Below are positions 9,893-19,837 of a DNA stretch of 64,000 bases, piece by piece. A model generated the notes under the pieces. That model ran no database searches. It was not told the origin of the DNA and saw only the letters and a list, made by a program, of their open reading frames with translations. The first letter of the stretch is position 1. Each line of letters opens with the position of its first letter. The stretch is taken from the NCBI GenBank assembly GCA_963674945.2, contig CAXXWQ010000004.1:1504001-1568000 (forward strand), given 5' to 3'. A program made the translations under genes and the position numbers. This DNA is from an uncultured Desulfosarcina sp. (GTDB lineage: Bacteria; Desulfobacterota; Desulfobacteria; Desulfobacterales; Desulfosarcinaceae).

Positions 9893-10510
9893 ATGTCAAT
9901 GCCGAAGCCGCCAGAGAAAACCAGCGCCAGAGACAGTGATTTTGACCTGATCCAGAGGATTACCAATGGTCGGCAGGACCTGTTCTACGAGTTGGTCAGA
10001 CGATACCAAAAGAGTCTGTACAACTTCGGCATAAAAATGTGTGACACCCCCAGTGATGCGGAAGACATGGTCCAAGACACCTTCTTGAACGTCTTTAAAT
10101 ACCTCGAGGGCTTTCGCTATGAAACAAAATTTAAAAACTGGCTGTATCGGGTCGCCACCACCGCCTGTCTGAAAAAGAAACGACGTTCCAAATTCGCTCC
10201 GGACAGAGAGCTTTCCTTAGACGACTTTCTCCCCTCCGCAGAATCGTCGATATCCATGGAACTTCCCCGTTGGGCCTCGCAACCATTGGAACAACTGCTC
10301 GATGAAGAGCTTGGCAAAGTCATCAAAACGGCACTGATGGACCTTCCGGAAAAATATCGACTCGTTATCGTATTGCGGGATATCGAAGGGTTTTCCACAC
10401 AGGAAGCGGCGGAAATCCTGGATCTTACCCCGACGAATGTCAAGGTGCGCCTGCACCGAGCGAGACTCTATCTCAGGGAAGCATTGAAGGACTATTATGA
10501 AAACGACTGA
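9893..10510 (+). CDS. ECF RNA polymerase sigma factor
   Basis: Region 2 (DAEDMVQDTF, FKNWLYRVA) and region 4 (EGFSTQEAAEIL, NVKVRLHRAR). Confidence 0.93.
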   Translation: MSMPKPPEKTSARDSDFDLIQRITNGRQDLFYELVRRYQKSLYNFGIKMCDTPSDAEDMVQDTFLNVFKYLEGFRYETKFKNWLYRVATTACLKKKRRSKFAPDRELSLDDFLPSAESSISMELPRWASQPLEQLLDEELGKVIKTALMDLPEKYRLVIVLRDIEGFSTQEAAEILDLTPTNVKVRLHRARLYLREALKDYYEND

Positions 10511-10769
10511 TCCGCATCCTGACCACGACCATTGCATGGAACTGTTTCAATATTTATCCGAATATATTGACAGGGAGCTGGACGCCACCACCCGCATGAA
10601 GATCGAGGCACACATCCAATCGTGCAAGCCCTGCCAGGTTTGTCTGCGAACATTGAAACAAACGGTAAATCTGTGCAATCATCTTGAGCGGCATCAAGTG
10701 CCGGCATCCTTTTCCCACAAGCTCAAGGCCGCCATCGATAAATTCGTGAAGCAACGACCACCCTTATAG
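10497..10769 (+). CDS. Soluble zinc-binding anti-sigma factor (zf-HC2/ZAS)
   Basis: HIQSCKPC matches HxxxCxxC; LSEYIDREL; overlaps the sigma stop codon; no TM segment. Confidence 0.88.
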   Translation: MKTTDPHPDHDHCMELFQYLSEYIDRELDATTRMKIEAHIQSCKPCQVCLRTLKQTVNLCNHLERHQVPASFSHKLKAAIDKFVKQRPPL

Positions 10770-11279
10770 CGGATGGGTTGGATTTTGGGCTAATTGCCGA
10801 AAAAACAAGAACATGTTGGTGTTTCACCCGTTTCGGGTAAAACCGGTTGCATTGCATCCTGTGCCCGACAACCACCGGGGAATCCGTTCCGGCCACCCCA
10901 AGTGGTTGTGTTAGGATTTCATGCAGCACACTATATTCTGTTGACAAAAGCAGCAAAATGGAAATAGACTGGTTCAGTCTGGCATTTGATCGTTCGAGTT
11001 GTGAATTCCCACTGAATTGGCGGCGGCTGTGAACATTGCCTTAGACCTGACATGCCTTACCAAGATGATTGATTCTCCATTGCGAAATGGCGGGCATCGG
11101 CTTATTCCTGCCGCTCCCCGACCGATAACCTGTCCAAGTTTCCCGACGACGCCATCGAAGCCCTCCCTTCACCCACGAAAAAGTAAAAAACAAGGCCGAT
11201 ATTTCCCCGGTCTTTTTTTATTCGTATCATTAGTGGATCGGTACTTTTTGCACCGAACTCAGCCATCCAGGAGCGCTTC

Positions 11280-13217
11280 ATGAAGATCCTTCCGCGCATT
11301 TTGATCTGCGACGATGAGCCATTGATGACGGACAGCATCAAGAAAATACTGGGAGAGGAAGACTATCAGATCCAGACCACCAACAACGCCAGCCGTGCCC
11401 TCACCTACATTCATGCCGAAGATCCGGACCTGGTCATTTTGGATGTGCTCATGCCGGAGATGACCGGTTTCGAAGTCCTCGACGCCATCGATCAAACCAG
11501 ATGTGATGCTGCCTTCATTATCATCACCGGCGACGCGTCCTTCGAGTCGGCCATCGCGGCCATTCGAAGAGGCGCCAGCGATTACCTGCGAAAGCCATTC
11601 GAACCCGAAGAACTGATCATCCGCGTCGAAAATGCATTGAAGCAGCGTCAAATCAAGCACGAACACATGTGCATCAAGGCGGAGAAACGACAGCTGGAAA
11701 AACAGCTGCGACAGTCGCAGAAGATGGAAGCCATCGGCACCCTGGCCGGTGGAATCGCCCACGACTTCAACAATATATTGAGCATCATACTGGGCAATAC
11801 GGAGCTGGCGCTGGCCGATATGCCAATGGAATCCCCCCCCCGTCAGAATCTGGAACAGATACTGGCCGCAAGTCTGCGGGCACGGGAGATGATTCAGCAA
11901 CTGCTCAACTTCAGCCGAAAGGATGAGTCCGGGTTAAAGCCCCTTCACCTAAATTGCGTCATCGCCGAGTCCCTCAAGCTCATGCGAGCATCCCTTCCGA
12001 CAAATATCGCCATCGAAAAGGACATATGTAAAAAAGAGTGCACGACCATGGCGGATACGACACAGATTCACCAGATCATGCTCAATCTGTGCACAAATGC
12101 CGCTCATGCCATGGAGACCGAAGGTGGTGTGCTGACCGTTCGATTGGAATCTGTCGTCCTGGATGAAACTGCGGTAGAAGGATTCGGCATCCCACCGGGC
12201 AACTATGCCAGACTCGTGGTCGCAGACACCGGACGCGGCATCGAAAAAGATGTCATCGATCGAATTTTCGATCCCTACTTCACAACGAAAAAAGACGGCA
12301 GGGGCACCGGGATGGGTCTGTCCGTGGTTCATGGTATCGTCAAGGGAAACGGTGGAACCATACAGGCCTTCAGCCGTCCCGGACGGTTCACGGAATTCCA
12401 CATCTACCTTCCTTTGGTGGACGCGGTCATCGAAACGGAAACCGCCACGGAAATTCCCCAGCATCTCCCGGGAGGGGATGAACACATTCTCATAGTCGAC
12501 GACGAAGAGATGCTCGTGGACATGATGCGACAGGTGCTCGAGCAGTTGGGGTACAAGGTCTCCGCCTATACGGACAGTACGGCCGCATTCAAGGCCTTTC
12601 TTTCCTGTCCGTTGGCCTACCACCTGATGATCACGGACATGACCATGCCCGGAATGACCGGCACGGGGCTGTCCAAAGCGGTAAAAGCCGTGCGAAACGA
12701 CATTCCCATTATCCTGTGCACCGGATTCAACGAACAGATCCGGGATTGCAATATTCAGGCTCTGGGAATACAGGATTTGATCATGAAGCCTGTTGGGATG
12801 CGGGAATTGGCGGAAACCATCCGAAGGGTCCTTACCATGAAGACCCCGGCGGAGAGACGCCGACATCCTCGCATGGAGGCACCGATCAATTTCTTTGTCA
12901 TCTCACGGGAAACTCCCTATGAGCGGTGCAACCTTCTGGATATCAGCCTTTCGGGACTCGCATTCAGCCATGAGATAGAAGAAGTGGATGCCCCATTGAA
13001 GGATCAATTGGCCATCATGGCCCCGGACGGCACAATCTTCGTCAGCGATATCCATTGCCGCACAATTTCCGACATTTCCAGTGAAGGGGAAAGCGACATT
13101 TCCAATAGACGGTCAATTCGGCGCGGTGTGATGTTTGAAAACATGAACGATCACCAGATCGAGCAGATCAATCAATTGATCAATGCTTACGGCGTTGAAT
13201 CGGCCAGGGCCAATTGA
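11280..13217 (+). CDS. Cytoplasmic hybrid histidine kinase REC-HisKA-HATPase-REC-PilZ
   Basis: ILICDDE; AHDFNNIL; NLCTNA; GTGMGL; second REC ILIVDDE/DMTMP; C-terminal RRHPR and DISLSG motifs. Confidence 0.9.
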   Translation: MKILPRILICDDEPLMTDSIKKILGEEDYQIQTTNNASRALTYIHAEDPDLVILDVLMPEMTGFEVLDAIDQTRCDAAFIIITGDASFESAIAAIRRGASDYLRKPFEPEELIIRVENALKQRQIKHEHMCIKAEKRQLEKQLRQSQKMEAIGTLAGGIAHDFNNILSIILGNTELALADMPMESPPRQNLEQILAASLRAREMIQQLLNFSRKDESGLKPLHLNCVIAESLKLMRASLPTNIAIEKDICKKECTTMADTTQIHQIMLNLCTNAAHAMETEGGVLTVRLESVVLDETAVEGFGIPPGNYARLVVADTGRGIEKDVIDRIFDPYFTTKKDGRGTGMGLSVVHGIVKGNGGTIQAFSRPGRFTEFHIYLPLVDAVIETETATEIPQHLPGGDEHILIVDDEEMLVDMMRQVLEQLGYKVSAYTDSTAAFKAFLSCPLAYHLMITDMTMPGMTGTGLSKAVKAVRNDIPIILCTGFNEQIRDCNIQALGIQDLIMKPVGMRELAETIRRVLTMKTPAERRRHPRMEAPINFFVISRETPYERCNLLDISLSGLAFSHEIEEVDAPLKDQLAIMAPDGTIFVSDIHCRTISDISSEGESDISNRRSIRRGVMFENMNDHQIEQINQLINAYGVESARAN

Positions 13218-13226
13218 TCCACCTGC

Positions 13227-13826
13227 CTATTTTCTTGTCTCTTCGAAATACTGCACTTGGTAAGTCTTTACGGTAAGCGAACCGGTCTGCCATTCATTGG
13301 CAGGCAATCCCGCCTTCATGCATAGGTTGGAAAGAAATGCGTTTGGTTGGGGGAGCTGTTTCCAAACCTGAGGCAGAAATGTAGCGCTGGCCGAACCTTT
13401 CTCGATGATCACCCCGTCCACCCCGGGTCGCAATTTTGCCATAAGCGCGTCGGCGTCCCCATAGGACATGGGAGTCGGTTCGGAAAGTACACTCACCTCA
13501 ATGTGGACGGCATCCAGTTCCTTTCTCTCCAGTGGAGGAAACCGGGGATCATGGAAGGCCGCATGCAAAGCGTTGTCTTTCACTCCGGTCAATATGGAGG
13601 TTGTCGCCGACAGATTACCGATGCATCCACGCAGGGCATGATCGATCTTGAGAGTCACGAAGATACCCCCCTTCTCCATGAACCTGTCGTCACGCAACCG
13701 CTTTTCGAGACCTTCATCATCGGATGAGTCGCCAAAATGAGCCGCCAAGGTCCGACGGGCCAACGCCACGAGAGCCATTCCCTGGGCATCGGTCAAAGGC
13801 TGCGGTCTTTTCTTTCCATCTTCCAT
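13227..13826 (-). CDS. AmmeMemoRadiSam system protein A (AMMECR1 family)
   Basis: GIFVTLK..LRGCIG, AAFHDPRFPPL, ATFLPQVW, LCMKAG. Confidence 0.92.
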   Translation of the reverse strand: MEDGKKRPQPLTDAQGMALVALARRTLAAHFGDSSDDEGLEKRLRDDRFMEKGGIFVTLKIDHALRGCIGNLSATTSILTGVKDNALHAAFHDPRFPPLERKELDAVHIEVSVLSEPTPMSYGDADALMAKLRPGVDGVIIEKGSASATFLPQVWKQLPQPNAFLSNLCMKAGLPANEWQTGSLTVKTYQVQYFEETRK

Positions 13827-13904
13827 AGGTAAATCTCCATTGTAAAACTAAAGTATCGGGCCGACCCTGTCGATAAAAAGATAAACACCAGCGAGGAGCA
13901 CACG

Positions 13905-14081
13905 ATGGAAATCAGCAGCGTACCCGCAACAACCACGGCCATGGCCGTCGCCTCACAACAGCTTCAAGCCACCATGGAAGCACAGGTGGCCATGCTGCAA
14001 GAACTGGCCGAAATGCAGCAGCAGGTTGCCCAATTGCTTGCCGATGGCGGCATCGGCCAGAACATCAGCCTTACTGTCTAA
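13905..14081 (+). CDS. 58-aa YjfB-like (putative motility) small protein
   Basis: Not in the ORF track. GAGGAG RBS; MEISSVPATTTAMAVASQQLQATMEAQVAMLQELAEMQQQVAQLLADGGIGQNISLTV, ending in a GQNIxL motif. Confidence 0.75.
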   Translation: MEISSVPATTTAMAVASQQLQATMEAQVAMLQELAEMQQQVAQLLADGGIGQNISLTV

Positions 14082-14161
14082 ATTTCCTGCCGTTACCATC
14101 CAGAAACGGAACAATTTGGTCAAGATATCGGCCTAAGCGATAATGGCATGGCCATTTCTGG

Positions 14162-15109
14162 TTAGTCGAAGAGAGCACCGACACTCTCCCCGGTATGAAT
14201 CCGCCGTATCGCCTCGGCAAAAAGCGGTGCAACGGACAAAGATTGAATCTTCGCGGTTCGCTTCTTTTGCGGCAGATGGACCGTGTTGGTGACCACCACC
14301 GAATCGATTCTGCTCTCCATGAGCCTCTCCACGGCCGGTCCGCACAATACACCGTGGGTGGCTCCCACATGGATCCGGTTCACCCCTGCTGCGGCCAGCG
14401 TTTTTGCCGATGTGGCAATGGTCCCCCCCGTGGAGATTTCATCTTCGAAAATGATGGCGTCTTTTCCCTCGACATCGCCCACCACCAATCCCTGGACCAC
14501 CCGGGTATCGGCCACGCGCCGTTTGTCGATGACCGCAATGGGAAGACCGATCCGACTGGCGAACCGCCCCGCCCGTTTGGCACCACCGGCGTCCGTGGCG
14601 ACGACAACGGCGTTGGAAAGATCCAGCTCTTCGCGAAAATAATTTACGAAATTGGGAATGGCGGTGAGATGGTCCACCGGAATGCTGAAGAACCCGTGCA
14701 CCGCATCGGAATGAAGATCCATGGTAAGCACCCGATCGGCGCCGGCGGTACGAATCAGATCCGCCATGAGACGACCGGTAATGGAGATGCGCGGTGCATC
14801 CTTCTTATCCGAACGGGCATAGGAAAAATAGGGGATCACCGCCGTAATGCGTTTGGCCGATGCACTTCTCAGTGCATCGAGAATGATAAACAGCTCCAGA
14901 ATGTTATCCCCCACCGGAGCCGTAAACGGTTGAACGACGAACACATCCTTTTCCCGTACGTTCTCCTGGATCTGGACGAAAAGGTTATCATTGGAAAACC
15001 TGGATATGGCCAGGCGGCAAAGATCCATCTTCAATGAATCGCAAATGGACTGTGCGAGCTTCGGATTGGCGCTGCCGGAGAAAATCTTGAGATCGGTGGA
15101 CATATTCAT
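14162..15109 (-). CDS. prs: Ribose-phosphate pyrophosphokinase
   Basis: IFSGSANPKLA, PYFSYARSDKK, DLHS; PRPP loop variant EDEISTGGT. Confidence 0.92.
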   Translation of the reverse strand: MNMSTDLKIFSGSANPKLAQSICDSLKMDLCRLAISRFSNDNLFVQIQENVREKDVFVVQPFTAPVGDNILELFIILDALRSASAKRITAVIPYFSYARSDKKDAPRISITGRLMADLIRTAGADRVLTMDLHSDAVHGFFSIPVDHLTAIPNFVNYFREELDLSNAVVVATDAGGAKRAGRFASRIGLPIAVIDKRRVADTRVVQGLVVGDVEGKDAIIFEDEISTGGTIATSAKTLAAAGVNRIHVGATHGVLCGPAVERLMESRIDSVVVTNTVHLPQKKRTAKIQSLSVAPLFAEAIRRIHTGESVGALFD

Positions 15110-15179
15110 CTTCCTGATATGGATCGGTTGAATTTACCATGCACGATCTCTATCGCGGCAGAACAGATTTTTCAAGGGT

Positions 15180-15304
15180 GACGGCTTCGTAAAAAGTCCG
15201 TATCGGCGTTACGCTTCACCCCTCGTCACTGCGACGTATCCAACCATACGCCTCATTCCTTAAGGTCTCGCAAGCCTCGATCTCGAACTTTTTGCGAAGC
15301 CGTC
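15180..15304. repeat. 125-bp intergenic palindromic element (MITE/ERIC-like), copy A
   Basis: Terminal IR GACGGCTTCGTAAAAAGT / ACTTTTTGCGAAGCCGTC (17/18). An extra degenerate end follows at about 15313-15333. Confidence 0.8.
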
Positions 15305-15349
15305 CGAAACCTGACATTTTACGAGTTCATCAAGGTCATTGCCTACGGA

Positions 15350-16864
15350 TTACTTGAGACGACGCTTCACCGGCCCTGCGCCCACCAGGTAAAGCAGGGC
15401 GAAATCTGTGGGCAGATCCAGCAGTGCAGCGGCCTCCCAATCATAGATGGCACCGATGCCGCAGCCCCCCCATCCCAGGGCCGTGGCGGTGAGGTAGGCA
15501 AGCTGTCCGAGACGTCCGGCTTCGATCATGGCATACCGATACCCCCGCGCACCCCAGGCCCGATCCAGAAAATCCAGGTCGGCTAAAAAGAGAAGGTGAA
15601 AGGCGGCGTGCTTCAGCCACATCTGATCCAGACATGCCGATGCCATGGGCACGACAAATCGCCCCTGGCGAATCCTTCCCAATCGTCGGTGCTGGTGATC
15701 GAGAAGATAAAAGCCGGCTGGCTGTGGCATGTGATCCCCCAGCAAAATCCCTGTGGCAAGGGCTTTTTGACACGTTGGGGGCATTGCCGACGCGGCCCCC
15801 ATGTGGTCGACCATGATCTGCAAAAATGAAGTGAAGCGATCTTTGGAAACGGCGGTGGGAATAAAATTCCGATGGGATCGACGACGCATCAGGACACGCA
15901 CATAGTCTGCCGCCTCCCATTGTTCCGGCCGGCCAAGATCCGTCCATGCTCCGACGTTGCCTTCCAGCGTCACCGACGGTGGGAAATCCCTTTTGGAATC
16001 ACCAAAGATCCGTGAACCGGAATGGTGTGCTTCCAAAACCACCGGGTATGCGATCTCGTGGCCCGATACCGTCGAGGCCTGGAGAAAATCCGGGCCAAGC
16101 GGCTTCGGATCCGTTGCGGGGGGGGGCGTTTCCCTATTATCTCGATCGGCGTGCAGATGAATTGCCGCCAGACATGCCTCCCGGTCGGGATCCAGACCCA
16201 AAAGAGTGGCGGCCTTCCTGTCGTCGAAATCCAGGTGAATAGAAAATGGAAAATCCAGCGCACCCATTGCCAAGCGAAGATTTTCCAGGAGATGACCCGC
16301 GTCCAACAACACATAGCGATAGGCCCGGTCGCGGTATTTCCAGGAACTTCGGAAAAAAATGCCGGTAATGTAGAAGGTGGCGCTCACACCACCTCCATGG
16401 GCCGGAAGCGTCGGTACCGTCTCATGGCGCAACCGGATCAAGGAAAAATTCAGCACGTCGTAATAATAGACGCCCGAATCGAGACCATCCACGTCATGGA
16501 CGGCAAGGTAAAGCTCGAATGGGTAAAGCGCCCCGGCGGAGGCGACACTTCGAAAATAGAAGGGCTGATTCCCGGACATGGCACGGGCCGTGACGTCGTA
16601 GGCCAGGCGAAAAATGCAAGATAGGTCCCCGATTGCAGGTGGATTCGCCCTTTGTGCACCGATACCGAAATTTCGCCGGGACAATTGGAAAAATTTTAAA
16701 TCGGGCAAAGTCGCCTTCGGATCCAGGGCGATACGGGGAAGATCCGGATATCGTTTGGTGAGTACGGGCTGATTTGCCCAATCCAACCCATGGCCTTTCA
16801 ATTCGTGGCGACGATATCCGGTGGACCAATGATAATTTGCCGCGGACAGCGTCTCAGTGTTCAT
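15350..16864 (-). CDS. SagB/ThcOx family dehydrogenase (two nitroreductase domains)
   Basis: RSVASAGALYPFELY, KYRDRAYRYVLLDAGH; second domain RRRSHRNF, RGYRYAMIEAGRLGQ, GIGA. Confidence 0.9.
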   Translation of the reverse strand: MNTETLSAANYHWSTGYRRHELKGHGLDWANQPVLTKRYPDLPRIALDPKATLPDLKFFQLSRRNFGIGAQRANPPAIGDLSCIFRLAYDVTARAMSGNQPFYFRSVASAGALYPFELYLAVHDVDGLDSGVYYYDVLNFSLIRLRHETVPTLPAHGGGVSATFYITGIFFRSSWKYRDRAYRYVLLDAGHLLENLRLAMGALDFPFSIHLDFDDRKAATLLGLDPDREACLAAIHLHADRDNRETPPPATDPKPLGPDFLQASTVSGHEIAYPVVLEAHHSGSRIFGDSKRDFPPSVTLEGNVGAWTDLGRPEQWEAADYVRVLMRRRSHRNFIPTAVSKDRFTSFLQIMVDHMGAASAMPPTCQKALATGILLGDHMPQPAGFYLLDHQHRRLGRIRQGRFVVPMASACLDQMWLKHAAFHLLFLADLDFLDRAWGARGYRYAMIEAGRLGQLAYLTATALGWGGCGIGAIYDWEAAALLDLPTDFALLYLVGAGPVKRRLK

Positions 16865-17763
16865 GATGTCCCTACCAGGTCCGCCAGGGCCGTATGGGCT
16901 TCACCGAAATCAAAGGAGAAACTGTCGTCCACCAGCCGTTGAGGGTACACCCTCTGACTGGCAAACAGGATGCCGGCCATTTCACCCATCGCCAAACGAA
17001 GAGCCAGTTTCGGTGCCGGTACCACGGCCGGCCGGCTGAGGACCTCACCGAGGGCCCTGGCAAAGTCTTTCTGCCGGATCGCATGGGGGGAACAAAAATT
17101 GTAGGGACCGCTGGCCGTCTCGTTTTCCATGAGAAACCGTACCGCCCTGACGAGATCGGTCATGTGAATCCAGGGAAACCATTGCCGGCCACTACCGATG
17201 GGTCCGCCGGCAAACATGCGAAATGCCGGAAGCATCTGGGCCAGGGCACCACCGCCGGCCCCGAGCACCACGCCGAAACGCATGATGACAACACGAACGC
17301 CGCTCTTCTCCGCTTCGCGGGCGGACTTTTCCCAGTCGACGGCGAGCCGCGCGAGAAAATCGTCTCCGGGAGATGCAGTCTCGGTCAGGATTTCGTCTCC
17401 CCGGCTGCCATAGTACCCCACGGCCGATGTACTGAGCAGAATCTTGTCCGAACCGGTCATCGCATCGGCCACATTACGGGTGGTTTCCAGTCGGCTTTTT
17501 ACGATCTGCCGCTTGTAGGCAGCCGACCATCGTTTGAAAATCGAGCATCCGGCCAGATTGACGACGGCATCTGCGGCCGCTATGATTTTTTGCCAGTCCC
17601 CGCTTCGGGTGGTATCGGCCCGAATCCATCGAAACCGGTCATCCATAGCCAGAAAATGGTCCCTGGATGTGCCCAAGCCGGCCACCTCATGGCCGGCCGA
17701 GATGAGCACCTGGGAAAGTTTCGACCCCACGAATCCCGATGCACCCGTGACGACAATTTTCAT
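16861..17763 (-). CDS. TIGR01777-family NAD-dependent epimerase/oxidoreductase
   Basis: TGASGFVG, VNLAG, SAVGYYG, GSGRQWFPWIH. Confidence 0.92.
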   Translation of the reverse strand: MKIVVTGASGFVGSKLSQVLISAGHEVAGLGTSRDHFLAMDDRFRWIRADTTRSGDWQKIIAAADAVVNLAGCSIFKRWSAAYKRQIVKSRLETTRNVADAMTGSDKILLSTSAVGYYGSRGDEILTETASPGDDFLARLAVDWEKSAREAEKSGVRVVIMRFGVVLGAGGGALAQMLPAFRMFAGGPIGSGRQWFPWIHMTDLVRAVRFLMENETASGPYNFCSPHAIRQKDFARALGEVLSRPAVVPAPKLALRLAMGEMAGILFASQRVYPQRLVDDSFSFDFGEAHTALADLVGTS

Positions 17764-17793
17764 GGTTGTCTCCTTGGAGTCACCCTGTTGCGA

Positions 17794-18249
17794 CTACCCG
17801 TTCAACAGCCGGTACAGATAACGCTCGATCTCCTGTCTCGGCAGGGCGCCGGCGGCCGTATCCACAACCTTTCCGTCTTTGAAAAACAAGAGGGTGGGCA
17901 GGCTCATGACGCTGTATCGACCCGCAGTCATGGGATTCTGGTCCACATTGAGCTTGGCCACCTTCAGTCGCCCCGCATGGTCCCTGGCCAGGTCATCGAG
18001 GATCGGCGCCATGGCACCGCAGGGAGCGCACCAGGCAGCCCAACAATCAAGCATCACCGGCAGAAAACTCGCGATCACCTCGTCGGCAAAGGTCTTGTCG
18101 GTAACCACCACCGGCCGATTGGTCGCGGGAATGGGTGGAAATTTCTGTTTGCAACGCCCACAACGGGGAGATTCTTGCAACCTGGCGATGGGAATCCGGT
18201 TGCGTGTTCCACAGCCACGGCACCGTATCAAAACTGTCTCATGGGACAT
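17794..18249 (-). CDS. trxC: Thioredoxin 2 with N-terminal zinc finger
   Basis: CRGC..NR..CGRC zinc ribbon and WCAPC active site. Confidence 0.9.
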   Translation of the reverse strand: MSHETVLIRCRGCGTRNRIPIARLQESPRCGRCKQKFPPIPATNRPVVVTDKTFADEVIASFLPVMLDCWAAWCAPCGAMAPILDDLARDHAGRLKVAKLNVDQNPMTAGRYSVMSLPTLLFFKDGKVVDTAAGALPRQEIERYLYRLLNG

Positions 18250-18362
18250 ATTCCCTCCTTCGTCTCAAACCCAATTGCAAGTCTCGTTTCCTTTTCACCT
18301 TTTTCTCACCGGATCAGACGCCGTCGACGTTCGAACTCTTCTTATCGTTGTTTCGGTACTTG

Positions 18363-18938
18363 CTACGTTTCGGCAAACACTGCCCCTTCACCGGGATACA
18401 CGACTTTGTCTTCTGTTTTCGTACGGGTAGCCGGTACCGGCCATTTGCCCGCCTGGGACGCCGATCCTTCCAGAGCGATTGCTGCCGGATGCCGATCCAG
18501 CATCTGCGGTCGTTTGCGAAGATCCACCGTCGGGACAGGGGATGAAAATTCAATGGGGATGTTGTTGGGATCGAAAGTGTAGACCGAATGAATAAAGCCA
18601 TGGTCGATCACTTCCGACACCCAGAATCCTGCCGCTTCCAGCCGATCCTTCAAATCCCACAAATCATCATCCGCGACGACGCCAAAAGCGATATGGTCGA
18701 AGGCAAAGGGCCCTTTTACCGGGACACCGTGATCCTTTTCCGGAATATTTTCCACGTCGGGCCACTCGAAAAAGGCGATCATGTCCTTATCGGAAATCTC
18801 GAAAAAATAGTGCCGATACCCCTTGGTTCCCAATCCGGCCAGGAGGCGCATGCCCAAAAGGTCTCGCCAGAACCGAATGGTGCCATCCATATCGCCCGTT
18901 GCCATGGCCAGATGATTGATACCGGTATAGGCGGTCAT
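18363..18938 (-). CDS. VOC family (glyoxalase-like) protein
   Basis: GINHLAM, FWRDLLG, DHIAF, SVYTFDPNNIPIEF. Confidence 0.88.
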   Translation of the reverse strand: MTAYTGINHLAMATGDMDGTIRFWRDLLGMRLLAGLGTKGYRHYFFEISDKDMIAFFEWPDVENIPEKDHGVPVKGPFAFDHIAFGVVADDDLWDLKDRLEAAGFWVSEVIDHGFIHSVYTFDPNNIPIEFSSPVPTVDLRKRPQMLDRHPAAIALEGSASQAGKWPVPATRTKTEDKVVYPGEGAVFAET

Positions 18939-18981
18939 GCTCTCTCTTTCTTGCTATGAAAATCTCTCAGGAGACCTGCCG

Positions 18982-19581
18982 TCAACTGCCGGCGCGGCCA
19001 TCGTCGCAGGGGTCATCATCGCTTGCAGCCCGGGAATGCTCTGCGGTAAAACTCGTAGTACAGGCATCGAGGACCGCCTCGCTGGTGAGACAGGCGAGAG
19101 CCGTTTCGTAGTCGGGCTCTTTGGAAATTTCATCCACTAACTGCGAATAGACCACCATTCCCCTCCCATCGATGACAATCACTGCCCTGGCCATCAGACC
19201 GGCAAAGGGTCCGTCGACGATGCGAACGCCGTAATCGTCACCAAACTCCGGGCTCCGAAAGGTCGAAGCGGATACCACGTCATTCAATCCTTCGGCGCCA
19301 CAAAAGCGTCCATGGGCAAATGGCAAATCCGCAGAAATGCAGAGAACGACGGCATTTTCCGATTTTCCGATTTCGGCATTGAATTTTCTCACCGACATGG
19401 CACACACCGGCGTGTCGATACTGGGGAAGATGTTGAGAACGACGGTTTTACCGGCGTAGTCCTTCAAGGAGATATCGGACAAGTCCGTTTTCGTCAAGGT
19501 AAAGGCCGGGGCATAATTTCCCGGTTGGGGAAGTTCCCCGGACAATTTCACTGGATTGCCTTTAAATGCGGTTGTAGCCAT
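18982..19581 (-). CDS. tpx: Thiol peroxidase with Cys-containing C-terminal extension
   Basis: [30 protein letters not shown]; extra tail [25 protein letters not shown]. Confidence 0.92.
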   Translation of the reverse strand: MATTAFKGNPVKLSGELPQPGNYAPAFTLTKTDLSDISLKDYAGKTVVLNIFPSIDTPVCAMSVRKFNAEIGKSENAVVLCISADLPFAHGRFCGAEGLNDVVSASTFRSPEFGDDYGVRIVDGPFAGLMARAVIVIDGRGMVVYSQLVDEISKEPDYETALACLTSEAVLDACTTSFTAEHSRAASDDDPCDDGRAGS

Positions 19582-19708
19582 TTTTTCCTCCTCCATCGAT
19601 GTGGATATTCATCCAAAGGGACTTCAAATTGAATTTTCGGTCAGTCGGTCTTATGCTAGTAGCATTCAATAAATATACCAAGACAGGAAGGAGTTTTCCC
19701 TTTCGCAG

Positions 19709-19724
19709 TGGCATTCTTTTTGCT
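19709..19724 (+). promoter_or_regulatory. Sigma-54 (-24/-12) promoter candidate
   Basis: TGGCATTCTTTTTGCT has exact GG-N10-GC spacing, about 115 nt upstream of ATG 19838. Confidence 0.65.
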
Positions 19725-19837
19725 GTCTATTTGGTTATGTTTGGTATGGAAACGCGTTGCCCTGCAGACGCCCTGATTATTTCCAACGAACCTTGAATGA
19801 TTCGAAAACAACAAAAATTATGGGAGGGAATGCCATC

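Noticed and set aside
13227..13826. Complete AmmeMemoRadiSam locus
   Set aside because: Only protein A is present; no Memo-like or cognate radical SAM gene is adjacent.
15350..16864. Azole-RiPP cluster linked to the radical SAM methylase
   Set aside because: No YcaO, precursor or transporter. The two genes are more than 40 kb apart, and stand-alone SagB-like genes are common.
16894..18582. 562-aa plus-strand ORF, and similar ones at 42196-43566 and 46312-47622
   Set aside because: Antisense to well-supported genes; typical artefact of GC-rich codon usage.
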